From: Auanema rhodensis
Lineage: Eukaryota > Animalia > Nematoda
DNA length: 64,000 nucleotides
Direction of reading: 5' to 3'
NCBI GenBank assembly: GCA_964057225.1
Contig: OZ059894.1
Coordinates: forward strand, 12,338,001-12,402,000
Both the position numbers and the translations under genes were made by a program. Shown piece by piece: positions 59,801 through 64,000 of the stretch. Positions within the stretch are counted from its first letter, which is position 1, and each line of letters begins with the position of its first letter. Below the pieces are notes generated by a model that searched no databases, was not told where the DNA came from, and was given only the letters and a program-made list of their open reading frames with translations.

Positions 59801-62420
59801 ATTGCAGCATAATTTGATGAGAAGTTTAGAACAGTTGCAGTGACTCACACATCGAAACACATGCCAAACCGTTTTTTTTATCTCACAGTACAACAAAAAA
59901 CTGAGCAACATATGAACATTGTGGTTGAACATGATGAGTCATCATTTACCGAAACGTTCGTATATATTATATGAATCAACTTAACAAATATTTCACCAAT
60001 ATGCCAATACAACAACATTTCTTTTAATGTGAGACAAATTGAAGCCTAATTTGATGAAAACTTTGAAACAGTTGCAGTGACTCACACATGAAAACACATG
60101 CCAAACCGTTTTTTCTATCTCATAGTATAACAAGTAACTGAACAACATATGAACATTGTGGTTGAACATGATAAGTCATCAATTAACGAAACGTTCGTAT
60201 ATATGAATGAACTTAACTATTATTTCATCAATAAGTCAATGCAACTATCTTTTCTCATGTGAGACAAATTGAAGCCTAATTTGATGAGAACTTTTGAACA
60301 GTTGCAGTGACTTACACATGAAAACCCATGCCAAACCGTTTTTTCTATCTCACAGTATAACAAGTAACTGAACAACATGAGCACGTCAAGGTTAAACAAG
60401 ATTGATCATAATTTAACGAAACGTTTCAATATATGAATGAACTTAACTATTATCTTACCAATATGCCAATAGAACAACTTCTTTTAATGTGAGACAGATT
60501 GCAGCATAATTTGATGAGAAGTTTAGAACAGTTGCAGTGACTCACACATCGAAACACATGCCAAACCGTTTTTTTTATCTCACAGTACAACAAAAAACTG
60601 AGCAACATATGAACATTGTGGTTGAACATGATGAGTCATCATTTACCGAAACGTTCGTATATATTATATGAATCAACTTAACAAATATTTCACCAATATG
60701 CCAATACAACAACATTTCTTTTAATGTGAGACAAATTGAAGCCTAATTTGATGAAAACTTTGAAACAGTTGCAGTGACTCACACATGAAAACACATGCCA
60801 AACCGTTTTTTCTATTTCACAGTATAACAAGTAACTGAACAACATGAGCACGTCAAGGTTAAACAAGATTGATCATAATTTAACGAAACGTTTAAATAAA
60901 TAAATGAACTTAACTATTATCTCACCAATATGCCAATAGAACAACTTTTTTTAATGTGAGACAAATTGAAGCCTAAGTTGATGAAAACTTTGAAACAGTT
61001 GCAGTGACTCACACATGAAAACACATGCCAAACCGTTTTTTCTATCTCACATTATAACAAGTAACTGAACAACATAAGCACGTCAAGGTTAAACAAGATT
61101 GATCATCATTTAACGAAACGTTTAAATATATGAATGAACTCAACAATTATTTCACCAATATGCCAATACAACAACTTTTTTCAATGTGAGACGAATTGCA
61201 GCATAATTTGATGAGAACTTTAGAACAGTTGCAGTGACTCACACATGAAAACACATGCCAAACCGTTTTTTCTATTTCACAGTATAACAAGTAACTGAAC
61301 AACATGAGCACGTCAAGGTTAAACAAGATTGATCATAATTTAACGAAACGTTTAAATAAATAAATGAACTTAACTATTATCTCACCAATATGCCAATGCA
61401 ACAACTTTTTCTAATGTGAGACAAATTGAAGCCTAAGTTGATGAAAACTTTGAAACAGTTGCAGTGACTCACACATGAAAACACATGCCAAACCGTTTTT
61501 TCTATCTCACATTATAACAAGTAACTGAACAACATGAGCACGTCAAGGTTAAACAAGATTGATCATAATTTAACGAAACGTTTAAATAAATAAATGAACT
61601 TAACTATTATTTCACCAATATGCCAATACAACAACTTTTTTCAATGTGAGACGAATTGCAGCATAATTTGATGAGAACTTTAGAACAGTTGCAGTGACTC
61701 ACACTTGAAAACACATGCCAAACCGTTTTTTTTATCTCACAGTACAACAAAAAACTGAGCAAAATAAGCACGTCAAGGTTAAACAAGATTGATCATCATT
61801 TAACGAAACGTTTAAATATATGAATGAACTCAACAATTATTTTACCAATATGCCAATGCAACAACTTTTTCTAATGTGAGACAAATTGAAGCCTAAGTTG
61901 ATGAAAACTTTGAAACAGTTGCAGTGACTCACACATGAAAACACATGCCAAACCGTTTTTTCTATCTCACATTATAACAAGTAACTGAACAACATAAGCA
62001 CGTCAAGGTTAAACAAGATTGATCATCATTTAACGAAACGTTTAAATATATGAATGAACTCAACAATTATTTTACCAATATGCCAATACAACAACATTTT
62101 TTTTAATGTGAGACAAATTGAAGCCTAAGTTGATGAGAACTTTGGAACAGTTGCAGTGACTTACACATGAAAACACATGCCAAACCGTTTTTTCTATCTC
62201 ACAGTATAACAAGTAACTGAACAACATAAGCACGTCAAGGTTAAACAAGATTGATCATAATTTAACGAAACGTTTAAATATATGAATGAACTTAACTATT
62301 ATCTCACCAATATGCCAATAGAACAACTTTTTTTAATGTGAGACAGATTGCAGCATAATTAAATGAGAACTTTAGAACAGTTGCAGTGACTCACACATGA
62401 AAACACATGCCAAACCGTTT
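56875..62420 (+). repeat. 13-monomer higher-order repeat (3020 bp, then 3013 bp after a swapped monomer)
   Basis: TATTTCATCAATAAGTC at 57201/60221, identity to ~58742/61762, then CATAATTAAATGAG at 59341/62354. Confidence 0.87.
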
Positions 62421-64000
62421 TTTCTATCTCACAGTATAACAAGTAACTGAACAACATAAGCTCGTCGAGGTTAAACAAGATTGATCATCATTTAACGATA
62501 CGTTTAAATATATGAATGAACTTAACAATTATTTTACCAATATGCCAATGCAACAACTTTTTCTAATGTGAGACAAATTGAAGCCTAAGTTGAGGAGAAC
62601 TTTGGAACAGTTGCAGTGACCCACACATGAAAACACATGCCAAACCGTTTTTTCTATCTCACACTCTAACAAGTAACTGAACAACATAAGCACATTGAGG
62701 TTAAACGAGGTTGATCATCATCAAACGAAACGTTTGTATATATGAATGAACTCAACTATTATTTCACCAATATGCCAATACAACAACTTTTTTCAATGTG
62801 AGACGAATTGCAGCATAATTTGATGAGAACTTTGGAACAGTTGCAGTGACCCACACATGAAAACACATGCCAAACCGTTTTTTCTATCTCACATTATAAC
62901 AAGTAACTGAACAACATAAGCACATCGAGGTTTAACAAGATTGATCATCATTCAACGAAACGTTTGTATATATGAATGAATTTAACATTTATTTTACCAA
63001 TAACCCAATGCAACTATCTTCTCTCATGTAAGACAAATTGAAGCCTAAGTTGATAAGAACTTTGGAACAGTTGCAGTGACCCACACATGAAAACACATGC
63101 CAAATCGTTTTTTCTATCTCACATTATAACAAGTAACTGAACAACATAAGCCCATCGAGGTTAAACAAGATTGATCATCATTCAACGAAACGTTTAAATA
63201 TATGAATGAACTCAATAATTAATTTACCAATATACCAATGCAACAACATTTTTTTTAATGTGAGACAAATTGAAGCCTAAGTTGATGAGAACTTTGGAAC
63301 AGTTGCAGTGACTTACACATGAAAACACATGCCAAACCGTTTTTTCTATCTCACATTATAACAAGTAACTGAACAACATAAGCACATCGAGGTTAAACGA
63401 GATTGATCATCATCAAACGAAACGTTTGTATATATGAATGAACTTAACTATTATTTCACCAATATGCCAATACAACAACTTTTTTTGATGTGAGACAAAT
63501 TGCAGCATAATTGGATGAGAACTTTAGAACAGTTGCAGTGACTCACACTTGAAAACACATGCCAAACCGTTTTTTTTATCTCACAGTACAACAAAAAACT
63601 GAGCAACATATGAACATTGTGGTTGAAAATGATGAGTCATCATTTACCGAAACGTTCGTATATATTATATGAATCAACTTAACAAATATTTCACCAATAT
63701 GCCAATACAACAACATTTTTTTTAATGTGAGACAAATTGAAGCCTAATTTGATGAAAACTTTGAAACAGTTGCAGTGACTCACACATGAAAACACATGCC
63801 AAACCGTTTTTTCTATCTCACAGTATAACAAGTAACTGAACAACATAAGCACGTCAAGGTTAAACAAGATTGATCATCATTTAACGAAACGTTTAAATAT
63901 ATGAATGAACTCAACAATTATTTTACCAATATGCCAATGCAACAACTTTTTCTAATGTGAGACAAATTGAAGCCTAAGTTGATGAAAACTTTGAAACAGT

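Larger units (their letters stand above)
769..64000 (+). repeat. Tandem satellite DNA array, ~230-bp AT-rich monomer (about 229-237 bp), ~275 copies, single orientation, runs off the window end
   Basis: Anchors such as TTCACCAATA recur at 1711 and 1941, and AACAGTTGCAGTGAC, TGTGAGAC and GAAACGTT recur every ~230 bp to the end. No inversion or foreign insert was seen. Confidence 0.99.

Noticed and set aside
769-64000. CRISPR-like alternation of constant and variable segments
   Set aside because: The variable parts are homologous alleles of each other rather than unique spacers, the period is 230 bp, and there are no cas genes or leader.
769-64000. Calling the array the functional centromere or naming the host species or satellite family
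   Set aside because: The organisation is compatible with (peri)centromeric DNA, but sequence alone cannot show this, and I do not recognise the monomer as a named satellite.

Overview
Eukaryotic-looking repeat DNA with no host gene. Positions 1-768 are the 3' part of a Tc1/mariner-superfamily DNA transposon. Its uninterrupted transposase frame has a DD37D catalytic triad (maT/Bmmar1-type), and it ends in a CAGGGTG-type terminal inverted repeat followed by TA. The element sits in the TATATA tract of a satellite monomer. Positions 769-64000 are one uninterrupted, head-to-tail, AT-rich satellite array of about 230-bp monomers (about 275 copies). Monomers are mosaics of a few two-state sequence blocks around nearly invariant cores. 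They are organised into local higher-order duplications whose period keeps changing (3, 6, 7, 8, 10, 13, 15, 16 monomers), and a more diverged layer appears toward the 3' end. All short minus-strand ORFs are by-products of the satellite. I found no clearly new biological system. The most interesting leads are the shifting higher-order structure, a degenerate hammerhead-like core in one monomer type, a CpG-decay signature and a possible ancient ~115-bp subunit. All offsets were counted by eye.
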